A DNA stretch of 64,000 bases, from the IMG/VR virus record IMGVR_UViG_3300020577_014021. One strand, 5' to 3'. The stretch's first letter is position 1. The number at the start of each line of letters is the position of its first letter. Made by a program: the position numbers and the translations under genes. The notes under the pieces are model-generated. The model was not told where the DNA came from, searched no databases, and saw nothing but the letters and a program-made list of their open reading frames with translations. The DNA is from a virus. Its lineage: Duplodnaviria; Caudoviricetes. Below are positions 20,801 through 30,080 of this stretch, one piece after another.

Positions 20801-23069
20801 TCTGCTGAACAATACCTAAAGTATGGATTATAGTTACGCTATTTGGGTTAACTAAATTAACAGTTTGTATAGTACCAGTGCTTTTTTCAACTTCAAAATA
20901 AGCAAAATTTGTTGGATCAACACTACTTATACGCCAATATCCACGATTATTAGCATTAAAAGCAGTATCCCAAATAACGACCCAATCACCAACTTTTACA
21001 TTAACAAAAGTATTATTTGGTCCTGTATATCTCCAAATATTGGTTGCTGGATTGGTTACAGCAATGGAAACACCTGGAAATGCATTGTGTGCTACAATAG
21101 ATGTTGGGGAATCAACTACTAACCAAATAGTTGAATTACTGGCTAATACTAAAGTACCACCAGTAATAGCGGCACTCTGAGCATAAGCTCTAAAATTGGT
21201 TGTCCCAGCTTTATAATTATCCCCTGCTATAGCAGCACTACTTAATTTAATTTGTCCTGTGCCTCTGATTAAAGAATATTGGCTAGTTTTGCCAACATAA
21301 GTACCAGCTGCAAAAACACTAGCCAAAGAAATTAAAGTACCACCTGTCCCTAGAGTCAAAGCCGCTAAATCATTTTGCCCCTTATTAGAAGTCAACACCA
21401 ATCTATTACCATTAATTGTAGCTGTTAAACCTGGAATGGTTGCATTAATTGCATCTCTCCAAGTTTCAATAGGTGCTGTAGCGGGTGTATAAGGCGCTAA
21501 ATTAATACTATTAAATGTATATACAGATGAAGGAGTATTATCTATTCCAACTTGCAAAGTATAAGAAGAAAGAGGTAAAACCCAAGGGAAAGCAATACTA
21601 GTTACAGACGCAAATTGTCCATCTTTCAATAATTCCCTATCGTTTTTATATAAACGTAAAGAATATACCCTATTTAGAGAAAATCCCAAACCTTCATTTG
21701 CATCAATTGCATTAATGGGAGTAACAATTTGTAAATCTTCATTACTATCTGATTTTGCAAAAATCACTACGCGCGAACCACCAGCAGAAGTACGAGCAGA
21801 AAAAAGCAGCAATGGATTTGAATTAATGCTAGAAATTACTTCATAAGCTGTAGCAGCACCATCTGATTGAAAATCACCAGCTGCAAAAGTGTGTTCTGAT
21901 AAAACACCGCCAACCATAACCGCTAATTTATACTGCGGAAAAATATCAAAAGGTTGTGTGTTTTGCGTAGTTAATTGTGCTTTAACTAATCCAACATTGG
22001 CTAATTGTAAATATAATTCTCCACCAATAGCTTCATCAATAATAGATTCTTGACCTACAGAAGTAAAAATAGGTTCATAAGAAGTACCATCATCTACACG
22101 CAAAATGGTAGGTGTTAAATCCGTACTTTCTTCTACTGAAGCAGAAATAATACGTTTCTGTTCATCTGTAGCAACTAAACCAGTAACAGCATTAATTAAA
22201 GCAGTATTGGTACCTTTTGCCCTGGATTGTCGTGCACGTTTAATACGATCACGCAATTCGAAATCAGTTTCAACATCACGACCATTAGAAAATGGTACTT
22301 CATTCTTAACTGTAAGATTTGGCAGTGGTGATGCAGCAAATTGAGTTAAACTATTTGCTGCAATATTTCCAATTGTACCTTTTTCATTACATAAAACAGA
22401 AATGCCCTGTAAAGTAGTATCACCATCAGGGATTGTAACAGAATTTATAATTGAAAAAGCAATAGAAGAAGCTGCACCAATTGTTGCAGTTTGAACTATT
22501 GTACCAGCAGGTAAAACCCTATTCCCACCTTGTGCCAATACAACAAAATCACCTGTACTATGCTTTTTAGCCAAAGCAGATGCTAAATTAATCTGGTAGT
22601 ATGTACCTACTGCAACAATAGAAGTATAGTTTATTGGCCCTTCAACATTAGATGTTCCACGTGAAATATATAAAGAACCAGATGTGGGCCATGTTGCAGC
22701 ATCATTTACATAAATAACCGTAGCACCTACGATAGGTGGAGGCTGGTTAGGATAAATATTGGTGGCTTTTTTAGCAAAAGAATTATCAATAACAGTGACC
22801 GCACCACTTGTTTTTGAAGCGGGATACCGCGATAATCCTTCTTCTGCAGCTAATAAATCTAAAGCTGTACCACTGGCACGATCTACTGATTTTTCATCTA
22901 AAGCAGCAAAAATATTATTGCTGATATTAAAATCTTGTTGGGCAGATGCTTCCAAAATATCAAGAATTACAGAGCCAGGGTTTAAATCGTTCAACCCCAT
23001 GCGCGATTGCAAGGATGCAATTAATTCACCTAAAATTTGCTCATAAGATTTGATTTCTAAATCTGCCAT
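17808..23069 (-). CDS. Giant baseplate J/gp6-like wedge protein
   Basis: N-terminal 'LNPGSV..ILEA...ASG.ALD.LA...GL.R', 'G.IGNI', 'NG.D.ETD.ELR.R' and C-terminal 'KIGQSI.LSEIV..V..IDGV' baseplate J motifs flanking a >1000-aa insertion. Confidence 0.85.
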   Translation of the reverse strand: MADLEIKSYEQILGELIASLQSRMGLNDLNPGSVILDILEASAQQDFNISNNIFAALDEKSVDRASGTALDLLAAEEGLSRYPASKTSGAVTVIDNSFAKKATNIYPNQPPPIVGATVIYVNDAATWPTSGSLYISRGTSNVEGPINYTSIVAVGTYYQINLASALAKKHSTGDFVVLAQGGNRVLPAGTIVQTATIGAASSIAFSIINSVTIPDGDTTLQGISVLCNEKGTIGNIAANSLTQFAASPLPNLTVKNEVPFSNGRDVETDFELRDRIKRARQSRAKGTNTALINAVTGLVATDEQKRIISASVEESTDLTPTILRVDDGTSYEPIFTSVGQESIIDEAIGGELYLQLANVGLVKAQLTTQNTQPFDIFPQYKLAVMVGGVLSEHTFAAGDFQSDGAATAYEVISSINSNPLLLFSARTSAGGSRVVIFAKSDSNEDLQIVTPINAIDANEGLGFSLNRVYSLRLYKNDRELLKDGQFASVTSIAFPWVLPLSSYTLQVGIDNTPSSVYTFNSINLAPYTPATAPIETWRDAINATIPGLTATINGNRLVLTSNKGQNDLAALTLGTGGTLISLASVFAAGTYVGKTSQYSLIRGTGQIKLSSAAIAGDNYKAGTTNFRAYAQSAAITGGTLVLASNSTIWLVVDSPTSIVAHNAFPGVSIAVTNPATNIWRYTGPNNTFVNVKVGDWVVIWDTAFNANNRGYWRISSVDPTNFAYFEVEKSTGTIQTVNLVNPNSVTIIHTLGIVQQITIPAGTYSMDALAAAFNNVLIGATASVFGANKIRLTTNDFIETEGQIALVAADLAGILLGFIIPTILTNEAPHIASVQSKNSELGTPAFVNQVIQNANNNAVPPVFISTVAQNINPDMMLGFLKPFASNRYSSNRYNYDGVAHLVVASTTINLLAKNTIKERLTNDRAYIANSFDFSYDDKISAVIDDDPTNKTLSIPLFRTITISSSPAPTINTFSATDFDGGGASLVATFGGDFNFTNYRLWFKAKTLVNPDGANNAFIVKSIHYGPTGEMYRFSLQYPTAPNLPISAVVVSGNASGGVDVNVFLPSGAPRTKTHDNTTEIDVQVAGAGPYDVTYHWTGVGSDPAWLANGVTVGDIVTIPSTSAFDTTNEGTFRITSVTADDIVVTNNAYNGVPTAETVTLNSANDITIYPIDVSSTATNIIAYINANLGDYITAELGVGETGGGLIDRSTNDFTGSTSLYLTLIDGENWVYFADLTAAPQFTTEKNFTSLGPLYTLVGEEAVLIPHTSQQVASFLNEPAVSSLANLSGILISDNGGKIEINSQNTGTTGAVKVSGGKGNLAGGSVINNDIIVGTPTNYSLIRTNYGSTLGLHKNQWVKLTSATVLKKNLSFDNTTFVSISGTPVQTLTITAGAGSFKTARTHSGNNTTGIQVEKHGDFVAYVYNTAGTNPNFVNVIQGDFVIIPTTSTFSAQNQGTFRVVRALSNMFWVENPLAVEETKVLSGNADLQFFSANSVLPNDTLILSGSILGTANDGTYTVFSSTSTTIVINEIFANAVGSTNLGAGFDNIKSYDKNVATFYKQIRSITQKSPISPDLSDIIFTDSISQLLGKISDVYGFTFVALNKFDFDETTTFGIDAYSTYKGLIGEATKVVYGDPRSPTLYPGVKAAGTYLDILPPLPKRIKISLGIRLRTGVPFSTVLNNIRSTAAGIINATKIGQSISLSEIVRAVSQIDGVYAVSVIFPTYTSASDVIVVNPNEKPIVISENDVSVTFL

Positions 23070-23220
23070 GAATTACCTAATTCTAAGGTTTTCTAAGAGG
23101 TTAAGTCTAAAGGTAGTATAAAAAAATAAGGGGTACCATTGACTAAAAATATTTTTTATATTAAAAACACTTTTAGTAACACAAGTTGTTAAAGTGTAGT
23201 ATAATGTAGTATAGTAGCTT

Positions 23221-23269
23221 GCCCAAATATTAGGTTTTACCCTCCACCTAGTATTTGGGCACTTTTTTT
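23221..23269 (+). terminator. Intrinsic terminator-like hairpin in the leader of the HNH gene
   Basis: GCCCAAATATTAGG...CCTAGTATTTGGGC followed by ACTTTTTTT; TATAAT at 23200 upstream. Confidence 0.55.
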
Positions 23270-23293
23270 GCTAAATTAAAAATGAGATAATTT

Positions 23294-23803
23294 ATGGTAT
23301 CATGGGTCACTAGGAAATTAGAGAAAAAGAAAAAAGTATGGTGGAATAAAAGCAATGGTGGACAACTCATGTCTTATGAAGAGTATAAGACTTTAAAACG
23401 CCCCATGCGTTCTTTAAACAAAAAAATTAAAAAATTACATCCTGAAGAATTTGAAAAACTTGGTTTAAAAAGTAAAGCTTTAAATATTTGTAAAATTTGC
23501 AATAAAATTGGACAAATGACAAAACATCATTTAATTCCAACTAGCGTATCATATAAATATCCACGTTATACAACAAAAAATACAATATTTTTATGCGTAG
23601 CATGTCATTCTGATATTCATCGTTTATTTACAAATGAAGAATTGGCTAAAAATTTTGGTAATAAAAAAAGTTTTTTAAATATTGTCAATGAATTAATTTT
23701 TGATGATGAACGTGCTGATTATGTTAAGTTAATCGAAAAAGGCAATATTCCGTCTAACCCTCTCACATTCACAGAACCATTAATGGTAGCCACAGGTCCT
23801 TGA
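23294..23803 (+). CDS. HNH endonuclease (freestanding, antisense to cluster)
   Basis: CKIC...HHLIP...N...LCVACHSDIH. Confidence 0.85.
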   Translation: MVSWVTRKLEKKKKVWWNKSNGGQLMSYEEYKTLKRPMRSLNKKIKKLHPEEFEKLGLKSKALNICKICNKIGQMTKHHLIPTSVSYKYPRYTTKNTIFLCVACHSDIHRLFTNEELAKNFGNKKSFLNIVNELIFDDERADYVKLIEKGNIPSNPLTFTEPLMVATGP

Positions 23804-26334
23804 ATTGATACATGCAAATTATTTGCGCTTGTAAAACGATTATCACTTACAATGGTATCAAACATTCGTTCTTTTATTAAATCTGCTGTAATATCACTTG
23901 TGTTTACACCTATAGGTACCGCGAAACCATAACTTGGATGTTTAATTAAACTACCTATGGGCGTAATAATCTTTAACTTCAGAGCTTGAACTAAGTTAGC
24001 CATACCTGCAGATAACACTGCATTGCCAGATTTATCTAAAATGATATCATTATTGGTGCTAAGAGCCAAATCAATCTTACTGATTTCAATCAATTTATCA
24101 TCATCAGGTGTGAATCTAGGAATAGGTTTTAACCTTTGAGGTACATCAGACGGTGGAATCGCAGATGGAATATAAATTAAATCCCTAGAAGAAACAGTAT
24201 TAGGCTTAAAATACTGAATTTGAGCATTATCAATAGTACGTAAACGATTTAAATCAGGATTACCATCAACAGTTATTAGATAACTTGTGACAGATAAAGT
24301 TTTAATATCCAAAATTCTACGAGAAAATTGTGGTACTGTAGAACTAGATAAAATAATTTTTTGATTTATATATAAATCTTCAATACTTGACACAACAATA
24401 GAATTATTTAAGCCATTATTATTAATTTTTTGAAACATGCCGTCTTCATCAATAAAAGGCGGTTCTAAACGATTTAAAGTAATGATTTCTGCAGCGCGTT
24501 TTTCATCACCAAGATACTGAAAAGCCAATTGATCTATAGTAATACCATAAATAACAGGTACAGCAGTTTTTCCTGGACTCGTATTGAATTCAATATTTGC
24601 ACTTGCTGCCAAACGTCCAACGAAATTAAACGAATCTAAGATTGTATCTCGTTGATAAACGTCTTGTGCAGCGAATTGATCAAGCACTTGTGCTAATTTT
24701 CTAAAACCAAATAGAATATCTAGTTCAAATCTACCGGGTTGTTTCTTAATTCTGGGTGTAGGTACACCAACAGAGCCCATTGTTCTATCGTAAACAGGAC
24801 TTCCTAAGCCAAAATAAGTAGCCATATCACGGCTAACCTGATTTATATAATTACGATAATCTTCAAAATCTTGTCTAGTCAATAAAGAAACTCGATCTTT
24901 TTCTTGCTGAATGCGAAGTTGCACATTATCAGGTAAAGATAACTTGTCTAAAGTAATTTGGTTAAAAAAGTCAGGAAATTTATCTGGATTAGCCACAGCA
25001 TAAGCCGTAATAGAGCCTGGACCTGTATTAGGCACTTCTGTAGCACCGCCTGATGGAGGCGGTGAATTGTCATTAGACAGACCACCTGCTTTAATTTCTA
25101 CGTTACCAGCATTGGTTTGCAGGTTTGCTGTTTCAGACGTTAAATTAGTCTGATTAAGTTTAGAAAATTCATCATTAATTGAGCTGAATAAGGTGTCATA
25201 TGTTCTTTGATAGTTCTGAATTTTATCTTCAACAGTTTTAAATTCCTGTACTGTATCATGCAAAGGAGAAATCAAAGAAGAAACAGCATCCTTAATGATA
25301 GCAGAAGGCAAATCTAAAAGACTATTGACTAATCCCAAAGACTGTTTGGCAATAATCAAGCAACTTTTTACCACACCAAAAACACGATTAATATCACCTC
25401 TTACTGCAGTGATCACATCAGAAGAAGCAGCAATAACTCTTGAAACATTAACTAAAGTATCAAGAACATTTTGCATCAAATTTTTATTCTGAAAAGGATT
25501 TGCAGCCAATTCTTCTTGAAATTTTTGATTTTGGTTGCCTTCAACCTTAATTCTTTTCCAAGCTTCTAAAAAAATAGTATATCTATATTCTAAAGGAGCA
25601 TCTGCTACTTTAATCAAAGAAAAATTCTTGGGTGTAACCAGATATGTAATGTTATCTTTGGCTAAATCTAAAGCCAATCGCAGATCTTTGTTTTCTGGCT
25701 GTTTAGCTAAAAACGCATAATATTGCAAGAATTCTGATAACTTATGAAACTGTTCATATCCAGTGTTGTCAAAAAATTGATCTGATTGCTGAAAATTATT
25801 TGTTTGATTTTGAGCAAAAGATTTAAAAGTAGCAACCAAGTTACGAGCAGCTTGCACAGTTGTAAAAATAGAACCTATATCTGTAGCATCATAGCTGGCT
25901 TCATTTAGTTCACGATATGGTAAAACGCCAGTTGTGCCATTGATTACAACTTGTTTTAAAGGAATACCGTTGCTTTCAACCAAAATACCGTCTGCCAAAA
26001 CAGTAGTGCGCATTGCAAATGGCATATTAATTGAAAGATTGTGTGGCCCAATTGGTAAAACATACGCCATTAATTTTCCGGCATTGTTTTTAACAACTTC
26101 ATATGATTTGATGTTATTATTGCGATCAATATTAGCACGTACAACCATCAAGCTATAAGGTAAAATTAAATTCCAGCGACGAGGTGTTTTATTAAAAGTA
26201 GTAATTGGAAAAAAGTCATTTTTATCATCACTTTTAATATTGGCAACAGTTAAAGGCTCTGTGATTCTGAAATTATTCAGAGCATCTAAATTATTTTTGT
26301 TGTCAACTGTTGGCAATATTTTTGGTGATACCAT
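23719..26334 (-). CDS. Multidomain baseplate protein (hub/tube-like N-terminus, LysM-like middle, gp25-like C-terminus)
   Basis: 'TIDQLAFQYLGD.....EIITLNRL' LysM-like; 'G.ANLVQALKLKI.TP.GSLIKHP.YG' gp25-like. Confidence 0.7.
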   Translation of the reverse strand: MVSPKILPTVDNKNNLDALNNFRITEPLTVANIKSDDKNDFFPITTFNKTPRRWNLILPYSLMVVRANIDRNNNIKSYEVVKNNAGKLMAYVLPIGPHNLSINMPFAMRTTVLADGILVESNGIPLKQVVINGTTGVLPYRELNEASYDATDIGSIFTTVQAARNLVATFKSFAQNQTNNFQQSDQFFDNTGYEQFHKLSEFLQYYAFLAKQPENKDLRLALDLAKDNITYLVTPKNFSLIKVADAPLEYRYTIFLEAWKRIKVEGNQNQKFQEELAANPFQNKNLMQNVLDTLVNVSRVIAASSDVITAVRGDINRVFGVVKSCLIIAKQSLGLVNSLLDLPSAIIKDAVSSLISPLHDTVQEFKTVEDKIQNYQRTYDTLFSSINDEFSKLNQTNLTSETANLQTNAGNVEIKAGGLSNDNSPPPSGGATEVPNTGPGSITAYAVANPDKFPDFFNQITLDKLSLPDNVQLRIQQEKDRVSLLTRQDFEDYRNYINQVSRDMATYFGLGSPVYDRTMGSVGVPTPRIKKQPGRFELDILFGFRKLAQVLDQFAAQDVYQRDTILDSFNFVGRLAASANIEFNTSPGKTAVPVIYGITIDQLAFQYLGDEKRAAEIITLNRLEPPFIDEDGMFQKINNNGLNNSIVVSSIEDLYINQKIILSSSTVPQFSRRILDIKTLSVTSYLITVDGNPDLNRLRTIDNAQIQYFKPNTVSSRDLIYIPSAIPPSDVPQRLKPIPRFTPDDDKLIEISKIDLALSTNNDIILDKSGNAVLSAGMANLVQALKLKIITPIGSLIKHPSYGFAVPIGVNTSDITADLIKERMFDTIVSDNRFTSANNLHVSIQGPVATINGSVNVRGLDGILPFSINLT

Positions 26335-26337
26335 CGC

Positions 26338-26547
26338 TTATTCCTTAATATCTTGCCAATGAGTTACATCGTCAATTAAATATCCATCATTCCAAAATCT
26401 AAATTCAAAATCAATATTTTTTGCTATAATTTTATGATTTTCCATTTTTGGAAAAAAGATTGCCTTGTATTCTTTTTGTTGCTTTGTTTTAACCCTAACT
26501 GGTTTACATTTGTCAGGTAAAATTTTATTTACACTATTCCAAGCCAT
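26338..26547 (-). CDS. Small DUF551-like phage protein
   Basis: 'WNSV...LP' ... 'VTHWQ'. Confidence 0.55.
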   Translation of the reverse strand: MAWNSVNKILPDKCKPVRVKTKQQKEYKAIFFPKMENHKIIAKNIDFEFRFWNDGYLIDDVTHWQDIKE

Positions 26548-26567
26548 ATCATTATATAAGATTAAGC

Positions 26568-27047
26568 TTAAGTGATAGGCACAGGGGGAGGAGAAATTAT
26601 AATAGCAGTACCCCCCAAATTTAGAAGATGAAGAGCTGTTGCAATAGTATTAGCTGCATCTACTTTGGATAAGTTACCAGAAGTATTTGCAGCAAAAACT
26701 GGCGTTAAAGCAGCAGCTAAACCAGCCAATCCCGGTGGTGGTGTAACAGTTATTGCTGTTGGATAAACTGTAGTTGCTAATGCAGCAACACTGCCCCAAA
26801 AAGCCAGAATCCCTGCTTGCAAACACCCAGCTCCTGCACTTGGTGCAGACATACCAGTCAATGCACCTAACATTGCTGCTCTAGGTGCAGTTTGTAAAAC
26901 TGGAGCAACACATGGTACAGGTCCAGCGTTAGAAGTGCCAAAGTATGTAATCCAAGCATCTACCCATGCAACAGCGCAAACTGATTCCGTCATTGATAGA
27001 GGTATGGTAGCAATTTGAGCTGCCAATACACTTTGTAACATTGGCAT
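26568..27047 (-). CDS. Small Ala/Pro-rich baseplate/spike-associated protein
   Basis: Directly downstream of the spike gene, 2-nt gap. Confidence 0.5.
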   Translation of the reverse strand: MPMLQSVLAAQIATIPLSMTESVCAVAWVDAWITYFGTSNAGPVPCVAPVLQTAPRAAMLGALTGMSAPSAGAGCLQAGILAFWGSVAALATTVYPTAITVTPPPGLAGLAAALTPVFAANTSGNLSKVDAANTIATALHLLNLGGTAIIISPPPVPIT

Positions 27048-27049
27048 AA

Positions 27050-28150
27050 TTAACCATCCGGAAATTTTAGTTTATTTGATTCAATTTTAGGATCCCATGC
27101 AGGACATTGCATCATGGGTGTCGGTGGACCTGATGGACCCATGCCAGTAGAATGCGTATGAGCATCAAAGGCATCTGCTTTGCCTTTGAGTTGATTCCAA
27201 AGTGTTTTCATATGATCAGCAATTGCTGCTTTAACTGCTGCGTTGCCCAACAAAGTAGTAGTATTGCCTTCTTTATCGGTAATTTTTAAACCAGCACCTC
27301 CATCTAGTTTCATTTCAATCTGTTTTTCTTTAAACTCAATGGTATTTTTTTCATCTATATTAATAATAATTTTACCATCTTTTTGAATCTTAATAAAACG
27401 ATTGGGTTTCTCCGGATCATTGGTATTACTAGAAGAAACAGTTATATCCCCTGTTTTATCAATCTTTAAAAAAGAATTACTAGCTTTCTTATCTCCCACA
27501 ATATTTGAATTAGGATTATTAGGGTCAGAAGCTCCTTTTTCAATATCGTTTTCAGAGCCTCTCAGAACTCCTTGACTATTTGTAGGGCCAAGAAAATTTA
27601 GAAATAATTCACCAAATTTATTAATATTAAAAGTAATACCATTGAAACTAAAGTTCAGAAAATGACCATTTTCTTTTTTATCCTTAATTTTGGTCTTATA
27701 ATCAGGATTTTTATTTAAAAGAGCATTCTTAATTCCACCAATAATAATAGGATTAGCTGCTGTTCCGCCAAGACACAAAATAAGAACCATGCTACCTAAA
27801 AGTTTGTTTAATTGAGCATCCTTTAATGGACCCTGAGGTAGCTTAAAACTCAATAAATCTTGTACATTTGGTCTATATGTATACTCAAAAAAGTCAGCAA
27901 CACCACCAAATTGATCTATAATTGTGCAATTATAATAAACAGTTGTATGCTTGGTATCATTAATCTGTTCTTGAACTAACACATCATAAGTAATGGTGTT
28001 GGTTTTATCAGGATTTTGCGTTTCATCTGGGTAATTTATTTTTAATATTTGTCCAACTTTAAGGTTAAAGTTATTATACATAACATCCTTAAAGGACACT
28101 TGCTGTTCAGGTGTTAGCCAACTTGGTGCTACAAATCCACAATCATACAT
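27050..28150 (-). CDS. Baseplate central spike (gpV/gp138-like)
   Basis: N-terminal OB-like region, beta-strand repeats, C-terminal 'AHTH...GPSGPP' HxH metal-binding tip. Confidence 0.75.
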   Translation of the reverse strand: MYDCGFVAPSWLTPEQQVSFKDVMYNNFNLKVGQILKINYPDETQNPDKTNTITYDVLVQEQINDTKHTTVYYNCTIIDQFGGVADFFEYTYRPNVQDLLSFKLPQGPLKDAQLNKLLGSMVLILCLGGTAANPIIIGGIKNALLNKNPDYKTKIKDKKENGHFLNFSFNGITFNINKFGELFLNFLGPTNSQGVLRGSENDIEKGASDPNNPNSNIVGDKKASNSFLKIDKTGDITVSSSNTNDPEKPNRFIKIQKDGKIIINIDEKNTIEFKEKQIEMKLDGGAGLKITDKEGNTTTLLGNAAVKAAIADHMKTLWNQLKGKADAFDAHTHSTGMGPSGPPTPMMQCPAWDPKIESNKLKFPDG

Positions 28151-28154
28151 ATTG

Positions 28155-30080
28155 TTAACCTAACTCGTCAAAATCTGTAATGATTCTTTTATTTGAAAAA
28201 ATACTATTAGCCGGTTCAGAAGGAACTTCTTGTGTGTAGCCCCCAGTATCTTTATAAAGTTTTGATGTCTTAGAATTTTTTGATGCATTGCTACGAAAAT
28301 ATCCATCAACATTATCAATTGCCTGTAAATCACCACTTTTATGAACACCATGAGATAAGAATAAAGAAGTAAAAAAACTAGCAATACCCGTTGGTTGTTC
28401 AATATTATATTGATGATCTACACCTTCAATATGAAAAACAAAATCATTGTATTCTAAATTTTCACCTATACATATAGGATCTACAATACCTACACACCTT
28501 AAAGCACCAGTTAATCTAAGATGCATATTAGCCATGAAATCACTAATCAAAAAATTATATGTATCTAATTTCTTAACATTTTCTTGTTGTTGGTCTGCAA
28601 GATTAAAATAATCTTGGTCAATTTTGGCTTGATAAAATTTTAAACCATTTCTTTTTACATCATTGACATCATATACCCAACCAGCAGCACTAATGGCCAA
28701 TGTGTCAACAACAATACTATACTCAGGAAACTGCAAGTTTACATCATTTCTTACTGTAACACAATTTGTACGCAATGCCTCTGAACGACCTATCTCATAA
28801 CCTAAAACCAAAGAATTATGGATCTCAAATCGTGGTAAATCTAAATATAAAGTATAAGGTATATTATCTTGGCTAATATTAATTGTGGTGATGACACCTT
28901 GATTCGACTTAGAGAATTCTGTTGTAGTTGTAAAAGGAATTTGTCTACACACAAGAGTAGGAACAATGGGAGCTAAAGGTGAAGGCTCAGGCCTTAGGCA
29001 AAAATACATCTCATTCAATAAAGGATTGCTATGTTGTTGTAAAATACTATATACATTGGCATTTAACGTAGGAGTAATATTAATTAATTTTTTACCAGCC
29101 AATTTAAATTTTTCGTTAGCTGGTTCCCAATACATTCCATATTTTCTACCATCTGTGGCTCTTACAGAATCCCTAATAATAAAATCGGGTCCTAAAACTC
29201 CATTGCCACCTTGATCAAATTTCTGTACACCAATCATTACATTAATTAAATCAGCATAAGTATGAAATTCTCTACTGTTTAATTGGACATCACGGCTGAA
29301 TAATTGTGCAATCAATTTTGGAATACCAAACGTTCCATTGACACTACGAATAGGGGTATCCTTACCACCTGAAGCACCTTGACCAGCTCCTAGTAAACAT
29401 TTATGCCAAAATATAAATTGATCATGAATACTAAAACGCTCTTTTGCTAAAACAGAAGCAAAATTTCTCTTGTCTTTATTGACACTACTAAAAAATGCAT
29501 CAGTAAAAAGCTGATTAGAAACAATTCCTTGTTCACCAAGATTTAAGAATGGACTAAAATAAATCTGAGAATTATATTGATCAAAGCCTACGCCATTTAA
29601 ACGATATCGTAATTCTTTAATGCCACCTACAACTTGAAAAACTTCTTGTATTGTATATACTTTGCCAAAGAATTTTAAACCACTATCATAATCATTCACT
29701 GATTTTGATGTTTTAATACGACTAATAATGTCTTCTGCCTTAGTATGATTATTAACAATCCAGGCCATCATATAATCACCTGGACATGCTAATGACAAAA
29801 AATTTCTACCACTAGTTAAAACAGCAGAAAGATTATGTGAAACCCCCTGTTTGCGCGTGCTTACAGTCAAATTTAAAACTTCACTGGTAATAATAACTGG
29901 TTCAGACCGAAGATCCAAGTAACCATTTAATTCATTTATTTTGTCTTTGTTTTGAATAGCCCCTAAAGAATTAATGGCGCGTTGCTTATATGGAAAAATA
30001 GCAATAATGGCTCTAGGATTTTGATAGTGGGCATCACTAGAATTAGCTCTTAAAACAATATTTTTATATTTGTTAGACAT
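28155..30080 (-). CDS. Baseplate hub protein (gp27-like)
   Basis: Between tape measure and spike; C-terminal 'I.IG..L...D..FHIEGVDH.Y...T.L.L.HG'. Confidence 0.7.
   Translation of the reverse strand: MSNKYKNIVLRANSSDAHYQNPRAIIAIFPYKQRAINSLGAIQNKDKINELNGYLDLRSEPVIITSEVLNLTVSTRKQGVSHNLSAVLTSGRNFLSLACPGDYMMAWIVNNHTKAEDIISRIKTSKSVNDYDSGLKFFGKVYTIQEVFQVVGGIKELRYRLNGVGFDQYNSQIYFSPFLNLGEQGIVSNQLFTDAFFSSVNKDKRNFASVLAKERFSIHDQFIFWHKCLLGAGQGASGGKDTPIRSVNGTFGIPKLIAQLFSRDVQLNSREFHTYADLINVMIGVQKFDQGGNGVLGPDFIIRDSVRATDGRKYGMYWEPANEKFKLAGKKLINITPTLNANVYSILQQHSNPLLNEMYFCLRPEPSPLAPIVPTLVCRQIPFTTTTEFSKSNQGVITTINISQDNIPYTLYLDLPRFEIHNSLVLGYEIGRSEALRTNCVTVRNDVNLQFPEYSIVVDTLAISAAGWVYDVNDVKRNGLKFYQAKIDQDYFNLADQQQENVKKLDTYNFLISDFMANMHLRLTGALRCVGIVDPICIGENLEYNDFVFHIEGVDHQYNIEQPTGIASFFTSLFLSHGVHKSGDLQAIDNVDGYFRSNASKNSKTSKLYKDTGGYTQEVPSEPANSIFSNKRIITDFDELG

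Noticed and set aside
19748-23046. Antisense ORFs within the baseplate gene (and similar ones within sheath, tape measure and res)
   Set aside because: Short, no recognisable motifs, fully overlapped by well-supported genes
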